Below the pieces are notes generated by a model. The model did no database searches. It saw only the letters and a list, made by a program, of their open reading frames with translations, and was not told where the DNA came from. A DNA stretch of 64,000 bases from the NCBI RefSeq assembly GCF_006345805.1, contig NC_043020.1, forward strand, positions 29,326,001 through 29,390,000, given 5' to 3'. The translations under genes were made by a program, and so were the position numbers. The stretch comes from Octopus sinensis. Taxonomy: Eukaryota. Of the stretch, positions 13,276 to 27,289 are shown in pieces. Every line of letters starts with the position of its first letter. Within the stretch, counting starts at the first letter, position 1.

Positions 13276-13811
13276 TATAATGTTAAAATAAAGGGTCATG
13301 CAAGAACAGAACGATCGTAAGGGAAAATCAGCCCTTTTTTTTCTTTACTCCAAAATTTATGCATTTTTGCGCAGAACTTCTACCCAACAAAACAAACACA
13401 GGATCCTTGCTGATACGAAATCGCTCGCCCTTTGGCCCTTATTTTGTCTCCCTTTCCCTCTTGTCCCCCGTATTGCTCTTGTGTCGTATCATGAAACGAC
13501 TAACTGCTTGGTGTGCGTTGCTATCAGGGAATAACTGTGTAAATATCTCATAATAAAGGGACAGAAAGGAAGGAAGGAAGGAAGGAAAGAAGGAAGGAAG
13601 AGAAAAATTAAGTTTCCCGTTTTGCCCTATTGTTTTATTAGCGAAGAGTGAGTTCGATACATTTGGTGAATTTATTAGCCATCGTGGGTGTGCAGCTCAC
13701 CTAGCAAACCCAGAACATGCACCTCTGTGCATGGGCATGACTCTATACATGTACATATATATGTGTGAGTATGTACACACACACACACAACATACTATAT
13801 ATGTATTATAT

Positions 13812-13871
<60 letters not shown>

Positions 13872-13876
13872 ATATG

Positions 13877-13910
<34 letters not shown>

Positions 13911-13999
13911 TGTATGTGTGTGTGTTATGTGCATATATATGTATGCAGATATATAAGCATGCATACAAACACACACGCATAATGCATATACAAATCCAT

Positions 14000-14043
<44 letters not shown>

Positions 14044-14984
14044 TTGTGCATAAACTGTGTATATACACAAACATTTATATTGTTTTTGTTGCTGTTGTTG
14101 CCTTTGCTGTTTAGCCTCAGGGCAGCCCTGATTGAGCAGATCTGTGGTCTTAGCCGTTCCAACCACGACCACTCTTGACTCTTCTTGGACACTATATCTC
14201 TACGATTACCTTAACCAACGTGTCTTTCCATTTGCAATACGCTAAATAGAGTGTCAGTTAAGGGAGATTTGGCTGCTATTTCGAGCTGGTTGAGAAGAGA
14301 AAGGGTCGTCGAAAGGCTCCGTAGCAGGCTCTCCATCTTTGTTGTTGGCGATAATATTGATGAACGCATACACCCCCACGAATCCCCGAATCTCAGAACC
14401 TACTATAACCATTCTACACATCATTCTACACACCGCGTATACAACACACAAACACCCACAAACACCCATATACACCCCTCCATACACAGAAAACACACAC
14501 ACACACATACACACACATATACACACACATATATATACAAATATAAGCACAACGATCTCATCTTCTTCAACGCAGCTGTCGTTGTCTCGTTTTTGCTATA
14601 TTGTCTTTCTCTCCTTACTCTCCTTACACTACTCTCACTACCACCATCAGCAAATAGAAAATGTCTGCACACTTGGCTACAACGTGTTGTGTTATAATAA
14701 TAATAATAATAACAATAATAATAATAATAATAACAATAATAATAACGATGATGATAATAATAAAATGGCCGACATTGCAGCAGTCAATCTGCATTCAGTC
14801 ACTGGCTCTTCTATCCCGTGAACACCTTCCCGCATAAGCTTCTTTCTCTCAGAATCTTCATTTATTTTATTACATCTCTCTATTTAATTCATTATCATTT
14901 TCGTGTATCAGGGAACATTCCCCGGGAAAATAAATAAATAAATAAATGCAATGAGAGCAAGCCGGGGAAGGAATTCCGTTAGTT

Positions 14985-14994
14985 CCATATATGG
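14985..14994. promoter_or_regulatory. CArG box (SRF-type) CCATATATGG
   Basis: Exact CC(A/T)6GG palindrome in a unique island; motif only. Confidence 0.4.
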
Positions 14995-15747
14995 TATTGT
15001 ATGGTAGCAGTAACAAGAGGACTTGTGCGCGCCTGAGTTTAGCTGTTTCACAAAAACAGTGTGTACATGTGTGTGTGTGAGAGATTCTTATGAACCGTAT
15101 GGAGTATGTGTATATGTGTGTGTGTGTATAGATGTGTGTGTGAGTTGAGGTGTTCGCTGTTGGCTGGTTTGTGAATTGTTGCAAAAAGCGCGTGCGTAAA
15201 AACGTGCAGATGGGGCGATGTGTGATCATCAATGAGGATTTCTTGTATTATTTTACGTGTTTCTACAAATCATATATACGCACGAATATACATACATGCA
15301 TGCATGCAGGCATGCATTCATTTATATAAGCAAATCTTTATATATATAGTTTGTGTATATATATATATGTATAAATAATATATATGTACGTTATATATAT
15401 ATATATATATGTACACATGTCAATATATATATATATAGATATATTATATAAATATAATATATAATATATATAAATATATGTATATATGACATGTGTGCAT
15501 ATATATATATATACGTACATATATATATTATTTACATACACACACATATAATATATATATATATACACACAAACTATATATATTTACACAATATTTATTA
15601 TGTATACATACATAGATATAATTAAGTATATATAAACATATAGCATAGATAATTATACATTGTGCATGTATATATATATATATATAATATTCATAATATA
15701 TGTTTGCGTGTGCGTGTGCATACATACATACATACATATAACATATA

Positions 15748-15806
<59 letters not shown>

Positions 15807-16017
15807 TATATATAGTATATATATATATATATATATATGCTCCTGATGCATGACCGAATTTCTAAGAAACAATTAAAGGGAAGAAGAAAGAGTGTATTGC
15901 TAATATGTCATTTGTGGTGCCCCAGCATTGGCGCAACCAAATCAATGAAGTCACAATTATACGAAAAAAATGTCCTTATATATAAATACATACATATATA
16001 TATATGTATGTATGTAT

Positions 16018-16084
<67 letters not shown>

Positions 16085-16093
16085 TATATATAT

Positions 16094-16144
<51 letters not shown>

Positions 16145-16675
16145 TGCATGTATTTTGATGCATTTATACATATATACATAGACATGTATATAAATGCGTA
16201 TATATTTATACATAGATATAAATGTGTATACATATGTATATGTGTATATATGCACCGACACACACACTCACTCACACACGCACACATACAAACACGCATG
16301 TATATATGTATGTATGTAGTCTCGGATATATATATATATGTGTGTATGTGTGTGTGTGTATGCATAGATATATGACATATAAATGTGTATGTTGATATGT
16401 GTGTATATGTGTGCGTGTGTGTGTGTGAATGTGTATATATATATAATAATATAAATAATATATATATACACACAAATACATACATATATAAACATGTATA
16501 CATATACACATACAGTGCATGTATGTATATTCGTCCGTGCATATGTCCTCGACGTTCTGTGTTCATTCATAATGATTCAGGTGAAGTCTTAGGGTTAATA
16601 ATAATTTGCGTAGAAAGGTGAGTCAATGGATAGGAGAATACCTGCGCGTGGTCATGTGCATTTGTGCGCATCCTA

Positions 16676-16718
<43 letters not shown>

Positions 16719-17228
16719 TGTGTGTGTGTGTGAGTGTGTGTGTGTGTGTGTAAAATTACATACATAAGCGTATACATAGAAATGTTACACACGACCGTCT
16801 AACAGACAGACACGTATAAACATAAACACACACACACACACATACGCACCGCACGCGCGCACGTACACACAAACACATACACATACACGCATGTATATCT
16901 GTCGATGTGTGTATGTGTATGTGTGAACATCATCTTTCTATATTTGTGAATGCATTTGTATGACTGTTTGTAAAATGTTCTTGATGATGATGGCGATGAT
17001 GATGATGATGATGATGATGATTAATGCAATATTGATGTCGACGACGACGACGCAGACGACGATGATGAAAAGAACGATGATGATGATAATGATTGTTCAA
17101 CCTCAACTGCACCCTGATTAAACAATCCGATTAAACAAAGCAGGCTGGGTACGTCCCAGACGTACCCAGCCTGCTTTGTTTAGGATATGGGTGGGTAGGC
17201 CCCTATTACCCAATGCATCCCTGCATAA

Positions 17229-17273
<45 letters not shown>

Positions 17274-17374
17274 AGAGAGAGGGATATATATATAGTAAAT
17301 CCCCCAAATCAAAGAACAAACACACACAAAAAAAAAACAGCTACGCAAGGACGTGGTACATGTTAAGTATTAGC

Positions 17375-17440
17375 AGACACTCAAGGAAGGACAGAAAGCT
17401 GGTTTAACGTTTCGAGCAAACGCTCTTCTTCAGAAACACA
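17375..17440 (+). mobile_element. possible Penelope-like terminal remnant
   Basis: AACGTTTCGAGCAAACGCTCTTCTTCAGAAA; a related inverted segment lies at 31250-31340 (GGAGCGTAGGCTCGAAACAT). Family assignment from memory. Confidence 0.3.
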
Positions 17441-18179
17441 CACACACATGTATGTATGTATGTATGTGTTGCCGTGTGTCATTCATTGTGGATCCACGCA
17501 GTCTATGCCTGTTTGTTATTGTTCTAGACACGAAACCCTCGCAAGTCGCGCAAAGTCGCTGTTGTGGCCGTTGTTGTTATTGTTGTTCTTCCTTTGTGCC
17601 ACGTAAATCCGATCAAGCAAAACTACGATCGAAAACCATTCTAACTGTAACCATTTCGGATTTCCTTTCTATGCATCGTGTAATCCCCCGCCTGCACCCA
17701 TCTGCTTTATACACCGTGACCCCGGTATCTTCTCAGGACTGCAGTATGCGGTTTGAGGTCGATTTCACTGCTATTTCAAGGATATCAAGCGAATGTTTGT
17801 AAACGGTGATCTGTACATGGTGTCTAAACTTACATAGAAGACAACACGCAATCAAAAACACCGCGATTGTAAAACAGAAACGGAGAACCAATTGTTTGGC
17901 GGTCCGAAGCAACCGGAAGCCTTCCACAAATTCTGCAGGGAGTTTTTGTCATATAAACCTGGGCACACATCCTTGGACTCTAAAAGTCTGCACAGAAGCT
18001 TGAAATGGCAGTGTGGTCAATTTTCATCAAGAGTAGGTGTTTATGGATGAATTAAATAGATATATATCTGTTGGGTATTGTTGTTGACGAAATAATTATT
18101 ATTATTTTTATGGCTCCAATGAGAAAGGATCATTTCCGAAACACGCGAGTTTCAAATGTAAAATATAGAAGGTTGCAGA

Positions 18180-18500
18180 TATGGATATGGGGTTAAGGCG
18201 CTTGCTTTGCAATCGCACAATTTCGCGGTCAGTTCCACTGCGCGGCACTTTGGGCAAGTATCTTCTATTCCAGCCCTAGATCGACCAGTGCTTTAGGCAG
18301 ATAGAAACTGTGTGTGTGTGTGTGTGTCACACCACCACTTGACAACCGGGCTTGGTTTGTTTACATTCTCGTAACTTTGCAGTTCAGCAAAAGATACCAA
18401 TAGAACAAGCGCCAGACTTACAAGAAAAATAAGTACAGGGTCCATTTGTCCGAGTAAACCCACCGATGCGGTGCTCCAGAGTAGCCGCAGTCCAGTGGAT
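18180..18500 (+). mobile_element. diverged CORE-type SINE (family B) with short internal (TG)n
   Basis: CACTTTGGGCAAGTATCTTCTA, CACTTGACAACCGG, GCGGTGCTCCAGAGTAGCCGCAGTC. Confidence 0.8.
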
Positions 18501-18852
18501 GCATCATGTACGAGATAACAGTTCCACACAATAGTGCTGCCGAACCCGCTCCCAACTTTCCGGTCGTTGATCTTAGTTTCTGCAGCGCTGCTTGCTGCTA
18601 TCGGAAAATTTACAAGGGATTTTCTGGGCTTCTATTAGTGACCTCATAGATGTCAGCGTGACCTAAGTGGTATAAAGTGCTTGTCGCTATAGTAGTGTGA
18701 CGTCATGGCAGGTAGCTGACTGGTGGAGGGGTTGCCATCCATTAAATTGCCCATCCATATGAACCCGTCCGCTCTGTTTCGGTCTCATGTTTTATCGTAT
18801 GAAACCCAGCAATCTAGACCTTCAAGTCATGCACCCCTGAACCCAGTCATTT

Positions 18853-18887
<35 letters not shown>

Positions 18888-19420
18888 GGAGAGAGAGAGA
18901 GAGAGAGAAGGTGTAGTAATTAATTTATCTATTAAGGTATTTATCTACCTTGTAGACCAGACAGACAGACAGACAGATAGCCTGATAACCAGCTAGATGT
19001 GCACAGACATATAATGACACAGACATAGAACACGCACACATGCACACACACACACACACACACACCACACACACATATATAAACACACAGAGACAGGAAA
19101 ATAGGCACACAGATTATATATGTAGGCACACAGACACGTATGCATATATATATATAAAGCGCACCCCCAACACACATACATAATCTGTAATATGTATATA
19201 TATGTCCGCACAATAGCCAACCAGTCAGCCAAATAGCAATTTATCAAGCAGATACTCACCTGCCACACCAACCAGCCAGTTAACCCGCCAGCCAACTGGT
19301 TAAAATGACTTATACAGAGAGATTGAGAGAGAGTCGACAAAGATGTAGACATACATTGTGACAGGTGTACAAAAGTCTGTATGTGCTTTTATATTGTAGT
19401 TTGCTTCAGTTATAGGTCGG

Positions 19421-19504
<84 letters not shown>

Positions 19505-19852
19505 AGAGATAGATAGATAGACAGGTAGGTAGATAGATGTATACATACATACATACACATAGCCCGAGAGTACATAATTTCAGTCCATCTAAGCGATATA
19601 TTTTATTACTAAGAGTGCACAATGACTTAACAGGTAACTGATTATATAATTCTACGTCCATGTCGCTTAAATAAACAATGAGTAAGGACCCCTGTTGCAC
19701 CACCCATGGAAAATATGGAATAGTTACCACAAGTTACTTCGTAGGACAGCTAAATGTTTCGATGACCATGAACCTCGTCAGCGGTTTCTTTCAAATTGAT
19801 GTAATGAGTCGCTCGAACGGCCGTAATGTATTGATACTGGACATCCTTGTTA

Positions 19853-19903
<51 letters not shown>

Positions 19904-20234
19904 GTGTATTATAATAATTATCAATGTTTCGAGAATGCGCTGAAATATATTAGAATGAAAGTTTTTACAGAACTCTGTATGAATATGTACTTGTAAATGT
20001 GTATCATGATAAGACATAAGGCTAGGCCTTTATATTTTGGAGAAGGTAACAAAATACTGAAGCAAGCGCTGGCCATAATTTGGATTCCTCGTTCCACCCA
20101 CGAGAAATGTCTGCCCTCAAAAAAACTGACGCCCTTATAAAGCAAGATCACATTGGAAGCATTGATGCTGTGAATGCAAGAAAGATGTCAAGATGCGGTA
20201 CCGTCTGGAGCGTATGAAACTATTGACCACTCAG

Positions 20235-20249
20235 CTGGCAGGTGGCGCT
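20235..20249 (+). promoter_or_regulatory. CTCF-like motif CTGGCAGGTGGCGCT
   Basis: One mismatch to the CCRSYAGRKGGCRSY core; overlaps E-boxes CAGCTG and CAGGTG. Confidence 0.35.
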
Positions 20250-20814
20250 CGGCGCGTTAGAGATCAGTAGGAAAAGCAAGGGTCCACCCGGAAATGCAAA
20301 CTAGAAGGAGAAATGAAGGGAGTTTCATGAAGTTGTTGGAAAAGTTTTCATGGAGCAGGAAGAATGTGAACGGTACATGTTGGTGGGGGTAAATTGCATA
20401 GAAAGCTGAACAGGGAAGAAGAAGACCTAAAGCTCTCATTTATATAAGCTATGCATCCACCCGAAGACTAAACAAGCAAAAGATTTTCTATAACGTACAG
20501 GAAATAGCAAAACAAATCTCCCTCAAATTTCCGTACATAAAATTAATTCAAACGTCTGAGAGAAAAATTACAAAAGGGGATTACAAAAGGGGATTCAAAA
20601 GTGAATCCAAAGGCACAGTCTTCAGCGATGCAGCAATTCTAATTATATACTTCAGTAAAGATGTACCACGGTGTCCCACAAATAATGCAGGATTTAACAT
20701 TATATAATGTTTAAATGGTAGCATACACACCTATATATACATACATACGTTTATGTGTGCATTTTTATGCATGCATATGTATATATATGTTAGTATTATT
20801 GATGCTAGGAACAA

Positions 20815-20950
20815 GGAAGGATGTGTGGTTAAGAAGTTCGCTTTATAACCAAATGGTTCCGGGTTCGATTCTACTATGAGCTCTACTTGAAGAATGTCTT
20901 CTGAGTAGAATTTAGTTGATGGAAAGTTTGGAAACCCACCGTCAGCCATG
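20815..20950 (+). mobile_element. CORE-type SINE (family B) head fragment
   Basis: GGATGTGTGGTTAAGAAGTTCGC...GGTTCCGGGTTCGATTC. Confidence 0.7.
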
Positions 20951-21094
20951 GTATCTGGATGGTGCTTTTATCGCAGGTCCATGATGTATGTAAGCTTTCG
21001 GACTAGGGTTCTGGTCGGATGGGATCAATATCTTCATCCACCTAGCTCGGAAATATTGCTAAATACAAAACAAAATGCGCGCGCGTGTATTGCT

Positions 21095-21300
21095 GGCTGA
21101 ATCGTTATCACGCCAGGTAAAATACCTAGTGGCAATTTGTCCGTCTTTACGTTCTGAGTTCAAATTCTGCCGTGGAGGTCAACTTTACTTTTCATTCTTT
21201 AAGGGTTGATAAAATAAGTACCAGTTGAACACTGGCGCCAATATAATCGGCTTACCCCTTCCCACGAAATTGCTGGCCTTGTGCAGAAATTTGAATCCAA
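21095..21300 (+). mobile_element. family A SINE
   Basis: CTGAGTTCAAATTC...GTCAACTTT...GATAAAATAAGTACCAGTTG. Confidence 0.85.
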
Positions 21301-21369
21301 TATTTGACAGGGCATGTGTGCTTGCCATCATGCTTACATTCATATATATATATATATATATATACAACA

Positions 21370-21400
<31 letters not shown>

Positions 21401-23683
21401 TGCGCATGTAGGCACACATGTATACACTCTTGCATGTCTGAATATATGCATATATATGCATTCATGTAGTATGTACCTACATACATATATAGACACAGGC
21501 CCAGAAACTTACATTCAAACAAACATGCATACATGCCCCTATATTTACACAAAATGAACCAAATACTAGATGGACAAAGGCACACAATAATTGGAGAATG
21601 AATTGTTTGTGCCCCAGCATGGCCGCAATCCAATGAGTAATACCTGCAAAGAATATATATATATATATGGAGAGAAAGAAGAACGAAAAAGTATGATTAA
21701 TCGATAGTAAAAGTATATATTTAAGGTTAATTTTTGCGTTTAATATACAGAAATATTAACAAATATAATAATCATAATATGCATGTATGTATATTTATAT
21801 ATATATACACATATATATATTGTAAGCATCTATTTGCGATTTGTGGTTGTGTATGTGCATGTGTGAGTGTGTGAGTGTGTGTATTTTACCTTGTGAACAT
21901 GGATTTATAAATACACATAAACATACACACACGCATTCATTAATATATATATATACGCACACACACACATAGTTAAGCTATATACAACCTGTCGTAGATG
22001 TGTATTTGTGTACGCACGCCGCCTACACATTCACACTTTGCTCACATACATACATACATAATTACATACGATTCATACAGGTGCGCGTACGCGAGTGCGT
22101 GTGTATGTTTGTAGAGAGAGAGAGAGAGTGTGTGTGTGTATTTGTGTTTGTGTGTGTGAGAGAGTGTGTGTGTATACCTGTGTACGTGTATGTGTGTATA
22201 CGTGTGTACGTGTATGTGTGTATGTGCGCGTGTGTGTAAACACACATGTACCGGTGTTCCTGTGCAATTATTTCTCAATGCATAAATTACTATATAGTTT
22301 TATTCATGCACACAAACGTAGTTGTATTATACACACACACACACAGACGAATCATAATCGATTCCTCTTCTATATACACAATATACGTCTATATAATACA
22401 CATAAACACACATTAGCATGCATAAATTAGACGCAATAGATGTATTTATTTGGACTTATTTCAGGTTGAATTATTATTTCATAAAATTATATATTAAAAA
22501 GCAAAAAGAAAATAGCTCTCGTACAACCACAATTGTCAAAAATTAAACAAGTCGCCATCTTTAGTTGCTATAAAAGGCTTTCAGTAGATTCTTCCTATCG
22601 GAATCTCCAGAGTTAAAAACGCTTTGTTGCTATTTTTGGCAGTTGTAGGAGACGTACTCCAAAAATGGAAAACGATGGCGGGCACTTGTCGCTGCTGTGC
22701 AGCGATTGGTCGATTCTTAGATCAATACACGTCCACAAAATTGTAGCAGATCAGGGTTGCAGAGAATGGTTGCGCCAGCGCCGAAGTCTGTGAGGATGTG
22801 TGCGTGCGATTCTCCTTCGTTATTCAGCAATATTGCAGCTGTATGTAAGCTTTGCCCAGATAGAAGAAGAAGACGATGTAATGTTTCACGTCTTAAGGTG
22901 TGCGATTGGTAGGACCTTGTTTGTGAAACTCCATGTCCATGTATGGTTAAGTAGTGTATATTGTGGCTATATTCACAGAGACTATAACAGTTGTATGCAA
23001 ATTTCGATTGCACACGTGCCGGTCACGTGACATGGATAAATTATCACAGAAAGCATTTAACTTGAAAATTTCCAATTCTTCTTTCTCTCACTCTCCTCCT
23101 CTCCCTCTCTCCCTCTCTCCCCGTGTGTATGCGTATGTATGTGTGTCACCCAAACTAATCACATTTCTGCAACATATTTTCGCAAACACCCTCTCAAGGG
23201 TGTATATATTTCACTTTATCAATTAATGCATCTGAATTGCACTTATCTTAATTATGAATAAAATATTAATATTGACAAGTTTGTATGTATGTTTAATTCG
23301 TGAATGAGAAGTATAAAGCTTAGATAAATGTTATTTCTATATTAGAAATATCCCATTCGTATATATAATATATAATATACAACGTATAATGATTCATATA
23401 CCTATACATATACATACGTGCATGCATATATACATGTATATATGTATGTATGTATATGCATGCACGTAAATAGGTATGTATATATATATATATATATTTT
23501 TAAAGTCGCAAATATGAAAAAATAAATAAATAAGTATATGCAAATTAAATATGGAAAGGAGCTTATCAATCATTGCATATTAATATACGCGGGTTCGATT
23601 CCGATCAGGGGTTTATTTTGCTTGTTTCTGCAAAGTATTCATCTTATTTTATTATATATACATGTATATAGATAGACAGATAG

Positions 23684-23726
<43 letters not shown>

Positions 23727-25089
23727 CAGGGAGAGATTCTGTTATTCTTTTATTTGCTTCAGTCACTGGACATGTGGCCATGCTGGAGCAGTAGGTCCTT
23801 CTGCAAACCTTAGGGTTGAGATCATAGTATATAAAACAACCACCTGTTAAGCACCCGTTTGTTGCTTTTTCTAAGCAACACCCTGCAATTAATAAATATT
23901 TATTTTTTTTAAAGAATGCAACGACAGTGTTTCCCCCCGTAAAATGCTATACTATGATGTGGTGCTATCCCATCAACATATGAACGAACGTTCTAGAAAG
24001 CGCTTTTAGTGAATCATGGACGGTTGTAAAACGTACACTTCCAACATTATGAATGGCTCTCCGAATGCATTAGTTGCCCAAATATCGAACGTTAAATTCA
24101 GTTTCGCTTTCACATTCCGATGTTCTCTTATTATTATTAATAACATAACTAAAGCGGGAGCCTCCACCTCAGGCGAGGGCAACCGCTTTGGGTTTTTTTT
24201 CTGCTTTTTTTTTTCGAGAAGCGGGCCGCATGAGACATGACTCATCATTTGGCGGGCCGCACTTCTAAAAAACATTTAAGATAATTTTTTCGTTGACGTG
24301 CCCTTTAGAAAGGCCTCAGAAATGCAGCTTACCCTTGACCGCTCTATGTGGTTGTCCGATCTGCAAGACCTAATAGCTAAATCTTCTTCAAATCATGTAT
24401 CACAATGCATTATGCATTCCAGTGTGTCCTTCAAAAGAAGTGATGGTCATGGCTGTAAAGACTTTAATCGTGAGTTTGCTCAGTCGGAATCTACCTGGAG
24501 TTTTAAATATTCTATACAATGAAGTTGATGTCCCAAACGTTGCTTCCTGAAGCCCTAATGTTTTGGGGGTGTTTTGGGGGTGTTTCTCTCCTGTAAAACT
24601 TTTCGTCTCAGCACAGCAGGAGACATTCAATCTATTTGCCATGTCGGGCTGCAGACCTTGAAAGGGAACCTTTGCATTGGGACAGACCTTTACAAACTTG
24701 CTGCAACCCCACCTTTTTTGTTCAGGGAGGTATAGAAAACTAGGTGGTGGTAGTAGTGATGGTGGTGGTTGTTAGTGGTGGTGGTGATGATGATGGTGCT
24801 GTTGGTGTTGCTGCTGCTTTTGCTGCAGGTGGTGGTGGAGGTGGTGGTGGCGGTAGAAGAGGATCTCCGTCATTGGACAATGAGGATTCAGTTGTCTGAT
24901 TTCACCTGAATTAGCTTCTCCTGGATTAACGTGCGGGTGGCTGAGTATTCCAACGGACACACCTATATCCTTAACATTACTTCTCTTTCGGACAGGCAGA
25001 ATGAGACCGACACAATGAGTAACAACGCCGTACCTTCTGCTTTGCCGATAATTACAGATACCACACCACCCGACGGAATTCAATTAGAG

Positions 25090-25240
25090 TTCCTTTCCAT
25101 TGCCCTAGTTTCCGCTCACAAGCTATGGGCCGACCCGAGGCTATGAAAAATAACACTTGTCCAAGATGCTGCGCAATGGGATCAAACTCGGGACCCCGTG
25201 GTCACCAAGTGAAAGTGCCTAACCATTCGAGCCATACCAC
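25090..25240 (-). mobile_element. CORE-type SINE (family B) head fragment
   Basis: Plus strand GCCGACCCGAGGCTATG...ACACTTGTCCAAGATGC is the reverse complement of the family B head. Confidence 0.7.
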
Positions 25241-25684
25241 GCCTACAGAATTCTATAAGCTAAGTAGGACCCCCCCTCCCCATCAACGCAATGCATCTTC
25301 TGTAGTTTATCTGGGTCATTTAATGTGTTGTCATGGTGAATGGAAAGCCTAACTAGGTCACCGTCAAATTGATGCAGTTTAATAAGTGTTTCTATCTGGG
25401 TCAGTATTGTTGTTGATCGGTGTTCGGAGTCATTTTTCAAATCTAAACTAAATAAATGTGCAATCTAAAAAAAGATAAAGAAAAACAAAAGCAAAACAAA
25501 AACAAACAGAAACAAAGAAAGAAACCAAAAAAAAATCTCTGTTTGGTTCATTTCTTACTTTTTCGTTTCTCTTCAGCATCACTTTTAGGGGGAAAAATGG
25601 AAAATAAAAGACAGCAAGAATTATTTCAGGAAATAGATGCAAAGTAAATCAATTCTGGAAGGGGGTTTCCCCCCCTACACTTTC

Positions 25685-25685
<1 letters not shown>

Positions 25686-25715
<30 letters not shown>

Positions 25716-25815
25716 CTTCTTCTTCTTCTTCTTCTTCTTCTTCTTCTTCTTCTTCTTCTTCTTCTTCTTCTTCTTCTTCTTCTTCTTCTTCTTCTTCTTC
25801 TTCTTCTTCTTCTTC
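25686..25815. repeat. uninterrupted (CTT)n/(GAA)n, ~43 units
   Basis: Direct reading. Confidence 0.97.
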
Positions 25816-25841
25816 AAGGTTTAGATATTGGGAGGCTCTGT

Positions 25842-25874
<33 letters not shown>

Positions 25875-26379
25875 ATCCATAATCTAAATTTGTCCATACA
25901 TGGTAAGGTTTGTTGGGCGTTAAAATTACCCATGAAATACCGTATGTCTCGACGGCGCCTCTATGACGCCATCGAGAAGTCGAAGACCCATCTTCAAGAT
26001 TTAGGCAAGCGCCGTATGAACGGTTTGGTTCGAATCCCTGACGTCCGGTTCCGCCATCATTTATCGAGAGCAAGATAAGAGTTGTGAGTAGTGGTCACTA
26101 CTGGACCTCATAACCATCAAATTTTATCTCTTAGTTTATATCTGATGACAATTGTTGCAGTTACACCGAATGATGGCTGGGGTACATTTAGGTCCAAAAT
26201 TATGTACAATTCAAATATCTGGTTCAGTTACCGCGAAGGCAGACAGACAGACATTCTTCAACTCATCACAGTGCAGAAATAAGTCTTCAATGTCTTCCGC
26301 TGGTACAACAATTGCCTTCTAAAGTCTTGGGATTAGAAAACTGGATCCAATCCTTTTATCTTCAATATTACAACCCTTG

Positions 26380-26593
26380 GAAGGCGGTGAGCTAGCAGAA
26401 GCGTTAGCACGCCAGGTGAAATGCTTAACGGTATTTCGTCTGTCTTCGTGTTCTGAGTTCAAATTCCGCCGAGGTCGACTTTGACGTTCCTCCTTTCGGG
26501 GTCGATAAATTAAGTACCAGTTGCATACTGGAGTCGATCTAATCGACTGGCCGCTCCCCCAAACTTTCGAGACTTGTGCCTAGAGTAGAAAAG
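26380..26593 (+). mobile_element. family A SINE, full length, 16-bp TSD
   Basis: Flanked by AATATT(A/G)CAACCCTTG at 26364-26379 and 26594-26609 (one mismatch). Confidence 0.92.
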
Positions 26594-27219
26594 AATATTG
26601 CAACCCTTGCTAAGTCCTGAATGCAAACCGTAGGTAATTCACTGCTCTATGTCTTGAAATATTTCAAGCTACAGAAATCGAAGCAGATTTTCAAATAAGG
26701 CTAATGGAGGTAAGGGTACCTGCAAGGGGTTACGGGAGCAGTGGCAACCCAAAATACTAAATAATTATTATCTAAAGCAAAAAGAACCATATGTATAAAG
26801 TGACAGGAATACAAAGATACACACACATACACACTCATACACACACACATACCCATACGCGTATAAGTTATTGAGATATGCGCGCGCGTTATACACGCAA
26901 ATACAAAAGTAGTGAGATTGTGTGTGTGTATATGTGTATGTGTTGTGTATGTGTGAATTGATTCAGATAGACAGACATACACAAATACACAAATACATGC
27001 ATGCATACAGACAGACATGCACACAGACAGACAGACGGACGGAAGGTCAAACAGACAGGCAGGTAGCCGAAATGACGGACAGAAAGATTCAGGTAGACGG
27101 AAGGTAAAACGGGTGGCTTTAATGGCGACGGGTAGTTAATAAGAGAGAGGGAGAGAGAGAGAGATGGCAGGTTGGATGCGGATGTGAATGGATAAACAGA
27201 CACACAGGCACAAAGAGAG

Positions 27220-27289
<70 letters not shown>

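Noticed and set aside
24215-24265. GCGGGCCGC pair as a hAT-type MITE remnant
   Set aside because: No TIRs or 8-bp TSD found.
26000-26057. tRNA gene suggested by GGTTCGAATCCC and a CCA end
   Set aside because: The T-stem and acceptor stem do not pair and there is no convincing A-box or anticodon arm.
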